From positions 88,846,001-88,910,000 of the forward strand of contig NC_042999.1 in NCBI RefSeq assembly GCF_006345805.1: 64,000 nt of DNA. Direction: 5' to 3'. Position 1 is the first letter of the stretch; the number at the start of each line of letters is the position of its first letter. Under the pieces are notes generated by a model. It saw only the letters and a list, made by a program, of their open reading frames with translations, ran no database searches and had not been told where the DNA came from. A program made the position numbers and the translations under genes. Source of the DNA: Octopus sinensis. Taxonomy: Eukaryota. Shown piece by piece: positions 1 through 12,133 of this stretch.

Positions 1-221
1 TCCTCACACAATTTCTTCAATTAGAGTTTACCCATGATTTTTCAAAGTACTTTCATTGGGTCATGCCATACAAATTTTCTTTCAATTTTACCCCCAATTA
101 AGACAAAATTCGAGAAAACTCAATATTTTAACATTTCACTCTGCATATTACTCCCACTTCCTCTTTACACACATAGACACGCAAATATATAAATAAAATT
201 GTGAGCTATATAAATAAAATT

Positions 222-345
222 GTGTGTGTGTGTGTGTGTGTGCGTGTGAGTGTGTGTGTGTGTGCGTCTGTGTGTGCGTCTGTGTGTGCGTCTGTGTGTG
301 TGTGAGGGTGCGTGTGTGTCTGTGTGTGTGTGTGTGAGTGTGTGA
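222..345. repeat. (TG)n microsatellite
   Basis: Interrupted TG/TGTGCG run; explains the poly-HT ORF 148..396. Confidence 0.95.
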
Positions 346-394
346 CAGGGATGAGCAAGTCAAACTGGTCATCCTTTTTGCTAGATCACCTAAC

Positions 395-699
395 ATCTAA
401 AGTTATCTCTAAGTAGCAGTCGCCCAAAAGTGTATATAGACACACACATGTATGTATAATGTGTGTGTATATATTTCCATAGAGGTAACCATTCACTCCA
501 TACAAAGTTATTTAGGACGAATTGGACGAAAATAAGATCTAAAGTATATCCATGTAGCAGAAAGATCGCCCAAAAGTGTATATAGATATTAAAATATTTA
601 TATATTCATCTATATACACATGTATGTATAATGTGTGTGTATATATTTCCATAGAGGTAACCATTCACTCCGCACAAAGTTTTTTAGGACGGACGAAAA
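395..699. repeat. Two-copy tandem duplication (units 395-536 and 537-699)
   Basis: Both units start atctaaagt, share cgcccaaaagtgtatataga and tttccatagaggtaaccattcactcc, and end in ggacgaaaa. Confidence 0.85.
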
Positions 700-1543
700 T
701 CTTTATATATAAAAGAAAGGTTGTGTGTCTGTCTACTCCGATTTAGATTCCTAACTACTCCCACATTTTGCGATGCAGTTTAACCAAAACCGGGTATCTT
801 ATAGTCGTGATTCACATCGAGCCCTTCTGGGTATTAGCGCGCGTCTATGATGAGTCTACGATTTTAAAAATAATTTACCATCATTTTTTCCATTTTAATG
901 CATATTTTTTTAAATAAAGGGAAGTAACATTCAAACTTCACACCAATATGCGTGCTCATATGCGACGTAATATCACATCAGCAGCATTTCCTCACACCCT
1001 CCTTGCACTTGGCGAAGCCAAAATACCAGGGTATGAAAATGGTAATATTGCCATCGATTCCATTTGTACCATTGTTAAGACGCCTCCTGATCTCAGAGAT
1101 GCAGTGTTCCCAGATCTACAAGCTAATTATCAGAATATGGATTGGATTGGCAAAAAGGCTATACTGGCCCCGAGGAATAAAACTGTTCACCATATTAATG
1201 ATGAAATGCTAAAACTCATTCCTGGGGAAGTCTATGTATATCAGTCTATCGATACAACTCCTGACCCAGAGGACGTCATCAACTATCCAATAGAGGTACT
1301 CAATTCTTTTGAGCACCCCGGACTACCACCACACTTTCTCAAACTTAAGTTGGTGCCCCTATAATGCTCATCAGAAATTTGGTTCCCCCAAAACAATGCA
1401 ATGGCACACGTTTGATCGTTAAGTCCTTATCTCCCAGTGTAAACTTATATCAATATTTGCCTGAATAATCATCATAATTCAGTGCAATCATTAACAGTAC
1501 TTTCAAGCAATTCATCCCCGAGCAACGCCGGGCAATTCTGCTA

Positions 1544-1544
<1 letters not shown>
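700..1544 (+). mobile_element. Non-autonomous Helitron with intact termini
   Basis: 5' TC at 700-701 after A699; 3' GC hairpin cccg-a-gc-aac-gc-cggg (1517-1532) followed by CTAG (1541-1544) and T1545, matching the A|T target rule; internal helicase fragment. Confidence 0.9.
948..1440 (+). pseudogene. PIF1-like helicase fragment of a Helitron RepHel protein (frameshifted near 1350)
   Basis: ORF 948..1364 reads ...KKAILAPRNKTVHHINDEML...NYPIEVLNSFEHPGLPPHFLKLK; after a 1-bp shift it continues GAPIMLIRNLVPPKQCNGTRLIVKSL, the conserved PIF1 motif block. Confidence 0.9.
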
Positions 1545-1574
<30 letters not shown>

Positions 1575-1949
1575 AAGCTGAAGTTGTCTGGATATATGTA
1601 TGTATGTATGTGTGTGTATACGTATGTATGTGTAGAGACCTCTTTTGGCTCCACCTGAGTTTTAAAACTGAATGGGTAAATTTCCCCCTAACTATAGAGC
1701 CTTATTGTTCTGTTGAGGAACAATGTTGTTTTATTCAACCGATGGCCTTCCCAACATTTGATTGATGTATTTTCCTCTTGACCCATAACCCTTCTAGTTT
1801 GTAAAGGGTTTAAATAAATAATATAAGGGATCTTTACCCTTTCAACGGCAGATCGAGAAATATATTTTTTGTAACTAAACACTTTCAACCTTCGGACACT
1901 AACCCTAACCCTAATGTGTCATATAAAACATATTTTACTTTTAATGTTA

Positions 1950-2042
1950 CTCTTGACCGCGGCCATGCTAGAGCATCGCCTTTAATCGAGCAACTCGACC
2001 CCGGGACTTATTCTTTTTGTAAGCCCAGTACTTATTCTATCC
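1950..2042 (-). mobile_element. 3' fragment of tRNA-derived SINE (family C)
   Basis: gcggccatgctagagcatcgcctttaatcgagcaactcgaccccgggacttattc matches the fuller copies at 61865-62263 and 62563-62945. Confidence 0.75.
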
Positions 2043-2542
2043 TTAGCCAATCATATTGTCTGTTTTCATTTGAAATTATTAGCTGCATAGTGTTAATGTG
2101 ACGTAGATAGCTATTTTGTGAGTGGGTAAGCAGTAAGCAAACAGCTGTGGTAGATGTGGTTATCATGGCAGTGGTGGTAGTGGTGACAGTGGATGTGTAT
2201 GATGGCAGCAATTATAGTGTTGGTGTTTTTGTAGAGGTGGTGGTGGTGGCGGCAGTGGATGATGATGATAGTAGTAGTAGTAGCATTGATTATGTTAGGA
2301 TGTCTCATGGATGGTAGTGTTGGTGTGTGTGTGTGTATGTATGGATCAAAACAGTTTGATTCAAATTCTGTGGTTCTTATATATTCATACATACATATAC
2401 ATGTAGATGTAGATAACATATATATTGTATGTAAACATCTTTTATATATATATATATATATATATAATGTATGCATCTATAATACACACACATTATAAAT
2501 ATATACACATATATGCATATGCATTAGAATATGTGTGTATAG

Positions 2543-2589
<47 letters not shown>

Positions 2590-3619
2590 TATGTTTGTAT
2601 ACATGTGTGTGTAGCTATTTAGGATCTAGTTAGCTATTTTAGTTAGCTATTTACATGTTTACGTTAACTATGTCACAAAATAGCTGTTTACGCCACAGTA
2701 ACAATATTTTGAGAAGCAGTAAATAATATGAGGCCGAAAGAAAGAATATCATTGGTTAAAATTCGAATTATTAAACAACGTTAAACTTAGAAATTACAAT
2801 TCCGTTTTCATTTTGGTTTACAATTATGTTTTCATTTGACACATTCTACCAGTATACGAAGTTTCAAATTGTTTAGTTGACTAGGAAAATCTGGCTTTCA
2901 AAAAGAAAAGATCCAAAAATTGAATTATGATTTAGCAATATACCCACAAACCTCCATTGTAATAACATCCAAATAGCTAAGATGGATTACACTTTCACTT
3001 ATCTCTATAATTATCTCTTTAATTTTATGATCTATAATTCAATATCTAACTTCAATGGAGTAATGCTAATTTTATAACTGATTTAGTAATATGACAATAA
3101 TCAATCTTCTTCAATAGTGAAATAATGAAGACTAATATACCACATAGGTTACAGTTTAATTCATCCCTATAATCATATATTTCTGTTGAAGGTTACAGAA
3201 TAGCAGAAATGGTAGAGCAATATGTCTAAAAGCATTATAATATTTGGTTTAAAATTTCTTTGTTCTGAATTGACTTTGAATTTTATCCTACCAACACTAA
3301 TAAAACAAATACCAGTTATATAAATTTATACCTATCAATTCTGAGATATCTTTCTCATCCTTGAAATATCCTTTATTCCTCTAAGTGTATAATTCCAGTT
3401 TATGGTTCTAATATCACTGACTATTTAGCAACATTTTAACCACAGAATTGTCCCAAAACTTATACTGACAAAATACTGAAGTACTTAAACTTTAACATGT
3501 AAGTAAAGTTTCTCTAAATTACTGATTGTCATATGTGGAAGAAAAGATTTGATTTAACTTAATGTTTAAAATATTACTAACCTTTATGGTTGTTGTATGT
3601 TAGAAATATACATAGCTTA

Positions 3620-3910
3620 AGGCACAGGCATGGCTGGTGTAGATGTGGCTGGGAAATCCTGAAGTTTGCTTTCCAATCACTTAGTTTCAGGTTCAATACC
3701 AATGCATAGCATCTTGGACAAATGTCTTCTACTCTAGCACAGGGTCAAACAATGCTTTGTGAAGAAATTTGATTAATGGAAACTGTAAGAAGCTTGCTAT
3801 GTATAAATATGATGTGTGTGTGTGCGTGCATGTGTGTGTGTGCGCACGCACGCATGTGTGCGTGTGTGTGTGTGTGCATGCAACAACATCGCAATATTGA
3901 TAACCCACAG
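3620..3910 (+). mobile_element. Decayed tRNA-derived SINE (family C)
   Basis: Head-like ggcacaggcatggctgg...ggttcaatacc, core ttggacaaatgtcttctact and internal (TG)n, as in 62563-62945. Confidence 0.65.
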
Positions 3911-4899
3911 TTTTACTTGAGTCAAATGTTGATATAATGTTTATGACCCTTATTGGCATTCTGACTATGCAGTGAAATTCAAATTTCTTGATTGAAGAAA
4001 AGGTAAAGGTTCAAGACAGGAAAAGCATCCAACAGTAAAATTCTGCCTAAAATATGACAGCATGGAAAAATAAACATTAACTAAACAAACCGAAAGTACA
4101 GAAATTTTTAAAGAAATTTTACAGAAAATAAAAAAAATACAACATTAATGAAAATATCTTTCTGCTCTCTCTTTAAAATATTTGTAAAACATCTAAAATA
4201 AAGTGGAGCATTTCTGTGGTAACAGCTAAATATAGTTATACAACTTTCATTTTAAAAGAGTTGAGGTCAGAAGAATCATATCATAGACATTTGACTAAAC
4301 AGAGCAGGAAGAAAAAGATTAGGTATGAAGAAGAATGAGATAAAACAAAGTGGTTCTATAAAAATAGATGAGGCACTTAGCAATGCATCGGAAAGAAGAT
4401 AAATAAATTATTTGTGTGAGTCAAAAGTCAATGCTATTTAGAAGCCAAAAGATTTTCCACCCAAATCTCAATCCATTAAGGCTGACACAAACAAAAGAAT
4501 ATTTGTGATTCAATTGAAATTTAAACTATTTCCTCATATAGCTTTCAAAAAGACACGAATCAATTCTGATATTCTCAATATATCTGTCTGTTTAAATGTT
4601 TCAGTATATCTATGTAGCCATTTACATATGTATCGTGGCCTGTATGCTAGAATGAAGAAGTGTACCTCTGTGTGGTGTGTCTGTGTGAGTGTGTGTGTTT
4701 GTGCACGTGTGTAAATGCATACATACATATATAGGAAGTAAGCTCAAACATGCATTCGCTTATGAACATAAGTACGTATATATGCTTAATGTATGTACAT
4801 ATACACACACACATATATACACACACATACATACATATATATATACACACACACACACACACAAATATCTTCATGCATATTATGTTATATCATCATCAT

Positions 4900-5065
4900 C
4901 ATCATCATACTCGTCATCATTTTACGTCCTTCTTCTAGGCTGATATGGGTTGGATGGTTTGACAGGATCCAAAATGCTGAAGGATTGCTTTGAGCTCCAA
5001 CATCTGCTTTGGCATAGTTTCTACTGTTGTATGCCCTTCCTAGTGCCAACCACTTTACATGTACT
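4900..5065 (-). mobile_element. 3' end of RTE-type LINE or derived short element (family B)
   Basis: (CAT)n tail followed by tgggttggatggtttgac...gcccttcctagtgccaaccact, shared with 34737-35040. Confidence 0.7.
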
Positions 5066-5538
5066 GAAAGTTAGTGTTTTTCTTCATTTTGTGACACATT
5101 AACATGAACAATTAATTTAGTTTCCGAAAATGATTGAGAATTTTACATAATTGGGATACCTCCACAAATTACCTTTCTTCTTTCACACTAAATATTCATA
5201 TTATATAATAATTTTTCCACAGATACTCTTGGACTTATGTATGAATAGTTACTTCAGGAATGAGCTGCTGATGCACTAATCTGGACTTCTCCATATAATA
5301 TTTTCATTATATTCTAATCAAAGATGGTGAGCTGGCAGAATCATATTTGCACACTAGATAAAATTCTTATTTTAAAGTCTGGTACTTACTCTACTGATCG
5401 CTTTTGCCAAACTGTTAAGTCATAGAAACATAAACAAACCAACACCATTTGTCAAGAGGTGGTGTGGGGCAAACTCAAACACCAAGACACATACATAGAT
5501 ATAAATATATATAAATACATATAAATATATAGATATAA

Positions 5539-5569
<31 letters not shown>

Positions 5570-5570
5570 C

Positions 5571-5798
5571 TCAAAATAAGCAACAAGGATATCCAGAGGT
5601 AATGCAGTACAGTACGATCGTTTCATGCGACTCCATTTAATCAAACAATGCAAATATTACATCAGTTTTAAAATGTAGAGCAATCTTCAGCTGCATAAAA
5701 ATATTAAAACTGATGTAATACTGCATTGTTCAATTAAATGGAGTCGCATGAAACAATCGTACTGCCTTACCTCTGGATATCCTTGTTGCTTATTTTGA
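5571..5798. repeat. Fold-back element: about 100-bp inverted arms with 26-nt spacer
   Basis: 5571-5674 is the near-exact reverse complement of 5701-5798; differences are a 5-bp duplication (cagta) and a few substitutions. Confidence 0.95.
5608..5695 (-). ncRNA. Candidate minimal type I hammerhead ribozyme
   Basis: Minus strand: stem I ugcag (5695-5691), CUGAAGA (5690-5684), stem II u-ugc...gca-u, GAAA (5624-5621), palindromic stem III ACGAUCGU, cleavage dinucleotide UA (5614-5613), stem I partner cugua (5612-5608). Confidence 0.65.
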
Positions 5799-5889
5799 TT
5801 ATAATCACCCCATTTTGAATTATATGGATAATACCATACCAAATTCTGGTGCCTTTAATTTAAGTACCATATTCAACTGAGTATATATA

Positions 5890-5921
<32 letters not shown>

Positions 5922-5926
5922 GCATA

Positions 5927-5959
<33 letters not shown>

Positions 5960-5964
5960 ATACA

Positions 5965-6130
5965 CAACAGGTTTCTTTCAGTTTCAATTTACCAAATCTA
6001 CTTAGAAGGCTTTTGTTTACCCAAAGTTATAGTAGAAAAAATGTTTGCTCAAGGTACCATGCAATGGGACGGAACCCAGAACCATGTGGTTGGGAAGTAA
6101 ATTAAAAAACCACACAGCCACCCCTGTATC
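5965..6130 (-). mobile_element. 5' half of tRNA-derived SINE (family C)
   Basis: tttctttcagtttc...accaaatc...caaggtaccatgcaatgggacggaacccagaaccatgtggttggg...accacacagcca; reverse complement carries A/B-box-like head. Confidence 0.75.
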
Positions 6131-6204
6131 TAAAAACACCAATGCCCAGAGTATGTGCATTTATTCATATATATACATATATATATCTATCTATCTATCT
6201 ATAT

Positions 6205-6255
<51 letters not shown>

Positions 6256-6904
6256 GTATATATATGTATATATGTATATATGTATAAGGAACAAATGAAT
6301 GAATAAATAAAAAACTTTTTAATTTACTTATTTCAGATATGATATGTATAGAAATATCACTACTATTAATATAGATATTACGATAAGTAGTCTCATGCAA
6401 ATCAATACATGATTGATAAATGTATTTCTTGTCTAGTGTACATATTGGATACATCAATCTGCCACAATGTGCTGAATTGCATCATTGGTGTCTATACTTA
6501 TATGTATTTCAATTGTACCAGATGGAATTTTCATTATTAGATTGACACAGGACGTAGAAAGGTGTGGGAGGCTGGTAGCAAAAAAAGAAAAATTATGGTT
6601 TCAGATTTAAATAATTAATTGCAAAAAATAAGTAAAGATTATATATGCATGTGTGAATAGACATGCATGTGTATGTGTGTAGATATATATACTATAAATA
6701 TAAATATATACATATATACTTACATAAATATATATATATATATATATATACATGTACATAAACATGCACATACATATAAATATATGCATACGCACACACA
6801 CATACACAGTATATATGTAATAATTAAGTTAAGAGGTTGATTCCTCTCTCTCCCTCTCCTCAGCCTTTGCTGGCTGCTTTTTGTTCTGTCTGTCTGCCTG
6901 TCTG

Positions 6905-6986
<82 letters not shown>

Positions 6987-6990
6987 TTCT
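6905..6990. repeat. (CT)n microsatellite
   Basis: Direct observation; explains poly-LS ORFs. Confidence 0.95.
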
Positions 6991-7800
6991 ATTTCATTTT
7001 TCTTTTCACACTATTTCTCTCGTTTGTCTTTACTTTCACCCTCTACTCATTAATGCATTTTACCTCAAGATTCCTAGCAGATATTGGCTTCAAATGTAAT
7101 GGAATTATAGGAAGCTTTGGTAATCTTATATTCTTTAGGATTTGCAACAAAAGTTTTTATCACAACTATTAAAGTAAGCAACAATTTGGCAAAGTCAACT
7201 GAATATTTTGTGGAGTTTGTTCTGATGCTCGACACTAGGAACTTAAATCTTGCTAAGATAAACTTTGCCCTTTTGTTTTCCTGGGATCAATAAAAAGAAT
7301 CAATCAAAGGTGATGGATTGGCAGTAATGGTAGAACATCAGACCACATGTCTTGCTGTATTTGTTCCAGCTCTTGGAATTCTGAGTTCAAATACTACCAT
7401 ATTCTACTTGAGGGGCAGTCTTAATCTGTTGGCCAGTTTGACCAGAGCTTCTGGTACTTAGAGAACTCTTGGTGCTGTCTATTTTGTTACAAGCATCAGA
7501 CCAGGTCTCTGGATTGAAGATATCTCCCTCCTTCCTTCTCACCAGTCTCAGTGGCTATGTGAACGATCATGGGAATTGCTCATTTCCCCATGGCCACAGT
7601 CTAATGACGGAAATAAGTGAAAGATAAAAGATTAAAGATAAAAGATACATGTGTCCAAAAGTATCTGCACATAGACATGCACTCATGCTTGAATGCATAA
7701 GGTGTTGAAACAGAAAAAAAAATAAGGTATTAGTATGTATGCACATGTGTTTGCACATACATACCTCCACCATTGATGGCATGTGCTGCTCTCTTACTCA

Positions 7801-8020
7801 ATAATAATAATATTGGCACAAGGTCAGCAATTTTGGAAGGGGGGTAAGTCGATTACATCAACCCCAGCATTCAGCTGGTACTTATGTTATCAACCGTGAA
7901 AGGATGAAAGGTAAAGTTGACCTTGGCAAAATTTGAACTCAATATGTAAGAACAGACAAAATGCTACTTTGCATTTCACCCAGTGTACTAACAATTTTGC
8001 CTGCTCACCGCTTTACAATG

Positions 8021-8067
<47 letters not shown>

Positions 8068-8260
8068 TAGGATGATCATTTCTACTGTAGGTACAAAGCC
8101 TAAAATTTTAAGGGAGGTGGGGTGGGCTAGTCTATTACATCAACCCCAGAATGGATGAAAAAGTCAACCTTAGTGAAATTTGAACTCAGAATGTAAATAA
8201 AGATGAATTGCTGCTAAGCATTTTGTCCAGTTTGCTAATGATTCTGCTGACTCATTGCTT
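7801..8260 (-). mobile_element. Two tandem tRNA-derived SINEs (family A) separated by (AAT)n
   Basis: Copies at about 7801-8012 and 8069-8260 both contain aatttgaactca (reverse B box) and aaaggatgaaagg/caacc core; (AAT)n at 8019-8068. Confidence 0.8.
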
Positions 8261-8384
8261 GAATAATAACAACAAAAACAACAACAACAGCAGCAGCAAC
8301 AATAATAGTAGTCATTTAATGTCTGTCTTCCTGCTGGTATGGGTTAGCTGGTTTGACAGGAGCGTTTTGCACAAAACATCACTG

Positions 8385-9800
8385 AATAATAGAGGATGGA
8401 AAAGAAACTCATATGGCTGTAAAGACCAGTTATTAATAAACCATACAGCACTCAAAAAAGGCTCACTGCAAAAACGAAATCTTGGCACAGCATGGATTGA
8501 CTATTGTAAGGTATTTGAGTGACCCACACTACTGGATCTTAAAAGCACTAAATATATACAAGATATCTCCTTTCATAAAAGTTTTCTGCAACATAGAATG
8601 GGACAATGGAACACAAAATTGTTTCACAACCATCAAGAAGGCTTGAATGTGTCAGAGAATATAAAAATAGATCTTGGAATATTCCAGGGCAATTCACTCT
8701 CTCCTCTTCTCTTCTATCTTTCCCTCATTCCCTTGTCCCATGAGTTGAGTAGAACAAATTACAAGTATAAAATATTTTATAAGGATCATCTCACATTTGT
8801 TCTGCATGGATGATTTGAAATTATATACAAAAGATGACAATACCTGAAAGGGCTATTGATAAGTGTGAAAAAATTCAGTCATGACATCAATATGGAATTT
8901 GGCCTTGATAAGTGTGCAAAAACTACATTCAAACGGTAAACTGACAGATAATATCTCGACCCAACTGATACAACTATCAAGCATCTTGACCAAGAAGGCT
9001 TTTATGTGTATCTGGGGGCTAATGAAGGGAAAGGGGTTCAACATGGGTCAATGAAAGGGAAGACAGGAAGAATATTCTGCAAAGCCCGAAATTTTGGGGG
9101 AGAGGGCCAGTAGATTAGATCGACCCCAGTTCACAACTGGTACTTAATTTATATCGACCTCCGAAAGGATGAAAGGCAAAGCCAACCTCGGCGGAATTTG
9201 AACTCAGAACATGAAGACAGATGAAATACCACAAAGCATTTCACCCAGCGTGCAAACGCTTCTGCCAGCTCGCCGATGTCAGAATGGTCCTGAATACTAG
9301 GCTGAACTTCCAGAATAGAATTGCAGCAATAAACTCCCTGACAGCACCAGTTGTCCAGCATAGCCTTAATATCATCAACTGGAATGCCACCAGACAGAAG
9401 AACACTACTAGTCCTTCTTTGGTAAACACCACTGAATAATAAAGGTAGGTGGTAGAGGAGATCCTCATGATGAACTTGACCAATAGTTAGATTTGTCCTA
9501 CACAGAACAACAGCTATTCAACTTAATTTCACAAGTCAGCAATGCCCAGTCAGACACTGCTCAGATGCATGCAGCATGGTTTTGTTGCTCTGCCTGTATC
9601 TTGGCCAGTCCCATGAGCTTATTGTATACAGTGTTTATGTACTCTATAACTCAAATGAAGAATAACAATGGTGTCAGAAAACAGCCATTAGTGGAGTTAA
9701 AAAAGATAGTAACGAAAGCTAAAAGTACATGCACTGTACACAGAATAAAACATAGAAAGATGGAAAAGTGAACAGAAAAACAGCCATGCAGAAGAAAGGG
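8385..9800 (+). mobile_element. R4/Dong-clade (RLE-type) LINE reverse transcriptase remnant, interrupted by a SINE
   Basis: Translations YGCKDQLLIN, AWIDYCKVF, GIFQGNSLSPLLF, FCMDDLKLYT, and after the SINE VRMVLNTRLNFQNRIAAINSLTAPVV; multiple stops and frameshifts. Confidence 0.85.
9075..9274 (-). mobile_element. tRNA-derived SINE (family A) inserted in the LINE
   Basis: gatcgaccccagttcacaactggtacttaatttatatcgacctccgaaaggatgaaaggcaaagccaacctcggcggaatttgaactcagaac; the least decayed family A copy. Confidence 0.85.
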
Positions 9801-10129
9801 TGCATAAGCACATCAGGAATAATGTTATCTAATTTCATAAAGCATGGAATTTTTAAAGGGTACAGTGTCGTGCCAGTTAACAACTGATACAAGTAGTTTA
9901 TTCCATGCTTCAACAATTCTGAGCATGATACTATGTTTCCAGAAATCATGGGTACTGCGCTGTTTTTTTTTTTTTTATTCTATAAGCATGTCTGTGGGTG
10001 GTAGAGGTATTGAATTCAAAAAGGTGGCCAAAGTAATTGTTGGAATGGTAGTGGGTAGGTATTCTTGTGGGCTTCTACCAAGTCAGTTGCTAAATATTGA
10101 CATTGAAATTTAGTGTTTTTGTATGTGTG

Positions 10130-10810
10130 TGAGAGAGAGAGAGAGAGAGAGTGTATGTGTGTGTATGTGTGTGTGTGTGTGCTTAGGTGAGTGCATACAG
10201 CTGGGGCAATTGTATATGTATATGCATCTGATTGAGTCTGTGTGTATGAACAAATGTATATGTATGTTTATATATGTGATTGAATGTATATGTGTTTGTT
10301 AGTGGGTTTGTGCTTTTGTGTGAGTTGTTGCGTTTTTGTAACTGTCTGAATATGTATGTGTGTATGTATGTATGTGTGTGTGTGTATGTGTACACACACA
10401 CACACACACATATAATATATATGCAACAGTGAATGAAGAAGCATATGTGTGATTGCACATAAGTGACTAGGCAGGAACGAGTGTGAATCTGTATAGTTGA
10501 GAAAGCGGGAGAGAGAGAAACAGAGAGTGTGTGTGTATATGTGTGTATGTGTATGTGTGTGTACATGTATGTGTAAATATGACTGCATATCAATGAGTGT
10601 GCATGTGTGAGTGACTCTGTAACTGACAGTGTAAGAGAATGAGTGGGAATATGAATGAGAAAGAAAGAGAAAAAGAGTGAGAGAAAAAAACGTAGGCATA
10701 TGCCTGTGTGTTTTTGTATACATATTTGCTTGTGTATGAATGTGCATATGTGTATATGTATGTTTTCGCCAGTGTGTGTCTTTATGTGTGCATATGTGTT
10801 TGTGCATACT
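10130..10810. repeat. Mixed (GA)/(TG)/(TA) low-complexity tract
   Basis: Direct observation; source of the His/Thr-rich ORFs 10183..10815 and 10268..10807. Confidence 0.85.
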
Positions 10811-11129
10811 CCCATGTGAGCATTTTCAATCTTGCTTGTGTGCGTTAATATTCTTTATAAAAAGCACGGCAAAGGGAGATTAGAACTTTGTACGCAACAA
10901 GTGTGAATGTGGTGAGGGTTGGTTGTAGTTTCAAGCAGTGAGATGAAACTAACTAGTAATTTACAATGCTGTAGTAAAGAATGAAATTAAAGATGAAAAA
11001 GCTTCAGAGGGATGAAAAAAAAAATACTTTCTGTCAAGAAAAAAAAAAATATTCAATCAAAATTTTTAACAATTAGTTTTCGAAATGAAATAGAATTACA
11101 AGTTTCAATCATTGAATAAAAAATAATTA

Positions 11130-11665
11130 TTCTGATGGCATCATCATTGTTACCATCATCATCATCATTGTCTTAGTCGTTAGTGGTGGTACTACCACGG
11201 TAGTTGTCATTATCAGCAGTAGCAGAGGCAGCAGCAGTACCAGCAGCAACAGCAGCAACAGCAGCAACAGCAGCATTGTCACTGTTGTCATCATTGTCAT
11301 CATCAACATCATTGCTATCATCATCATAATTTTCACCATGTCCTCACTGTCATCATCATCATCATCGTCATCATCATCTCCCTACTACTCCTCCTTATCA
11401 TCACAATTATCATTGTCATCAGCAGCAGCAATATTACCATCATTGTCATTAGCATTTAATTCAGTAGCATCAATGGATATTGGAAAGTTTAAAGATAATA
11501 TTGATAATGATGATGATGATGATGATGATGATCAGAAGGAGGGGGAGTTGGTCAATGACTGTACAGTTGGTGATGGTATAGGTGATGAACATGGTTGCAG
11601 TGGCAGTCGTAATGAATGACAATGATAATGATGATAGTAATGATGATAGTGATGACATTGGTGTT
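11130..11665. repeat. Trinucleotide mosaic (CAT/CAG/GAT)
   Basis: Direct observation of alternating CAT, CAG, GAT and GGT runs. Confidence 0.85.
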
Positions 11666-12133
11666 GAATGAAAAAAAAAAGTATGCTGACAATTACTTCT
11701 TTGATTAGGCAGCTGACCAGTTATCTATGCCAAAAGCATTATGTGTGGCTGATTAAATTGACTCCAGTGTCACTTAGTATTTGCACCTGTGCTAGCCATT
11801 CTTGATGGGATAAAACACAGAGTTAAATTTGGCAGGATTTGAACTCAGGATAATTAGGTATTAAGCAAGGTTACATTAAAAATTGTTTTTTGTCACAGCT
11901 ATCTCAACCAAGAATGGGGATTGGAGTCTATAGTGGAGCCTGTATGAGGTTCTTCAACCTGCTACAAGGAATAGTAAATTCTTCCCAAACCACATCTTAC
12001 AATTTTAAAAATGTTAGGAAGCACTGGGTTATGCAATCCTACATATAAGATATAGGGTCCAAAAATAAGATGTGATGGTCATAACTGGGATGTCTTGATC
12101 ATAGATCTGTTTTATGAGAGCTATTGAAATCAA

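Noticed and set aside
148-396. 82-aa His/Thr ORF and the many similar poly-HT, poly-YI, poly-LS, poly-I, poly-Y and poly-M ORFs across the window
   Set aside because: They are translations of di- and trinucleotide microsatellites, with no complexity or splice context.
1899-1914. ctaaccctaaccctaa telomere-like repeat
   Set aside because: Under three units and embedded in a probable non-autonomous element; not an interstitial telomere.
2108-2686. 13-bp inverted match agctattttgtga / tcacaaaatagct
   Set aside because: Too short and AT-rich, with no target duplication seen, to define an element.
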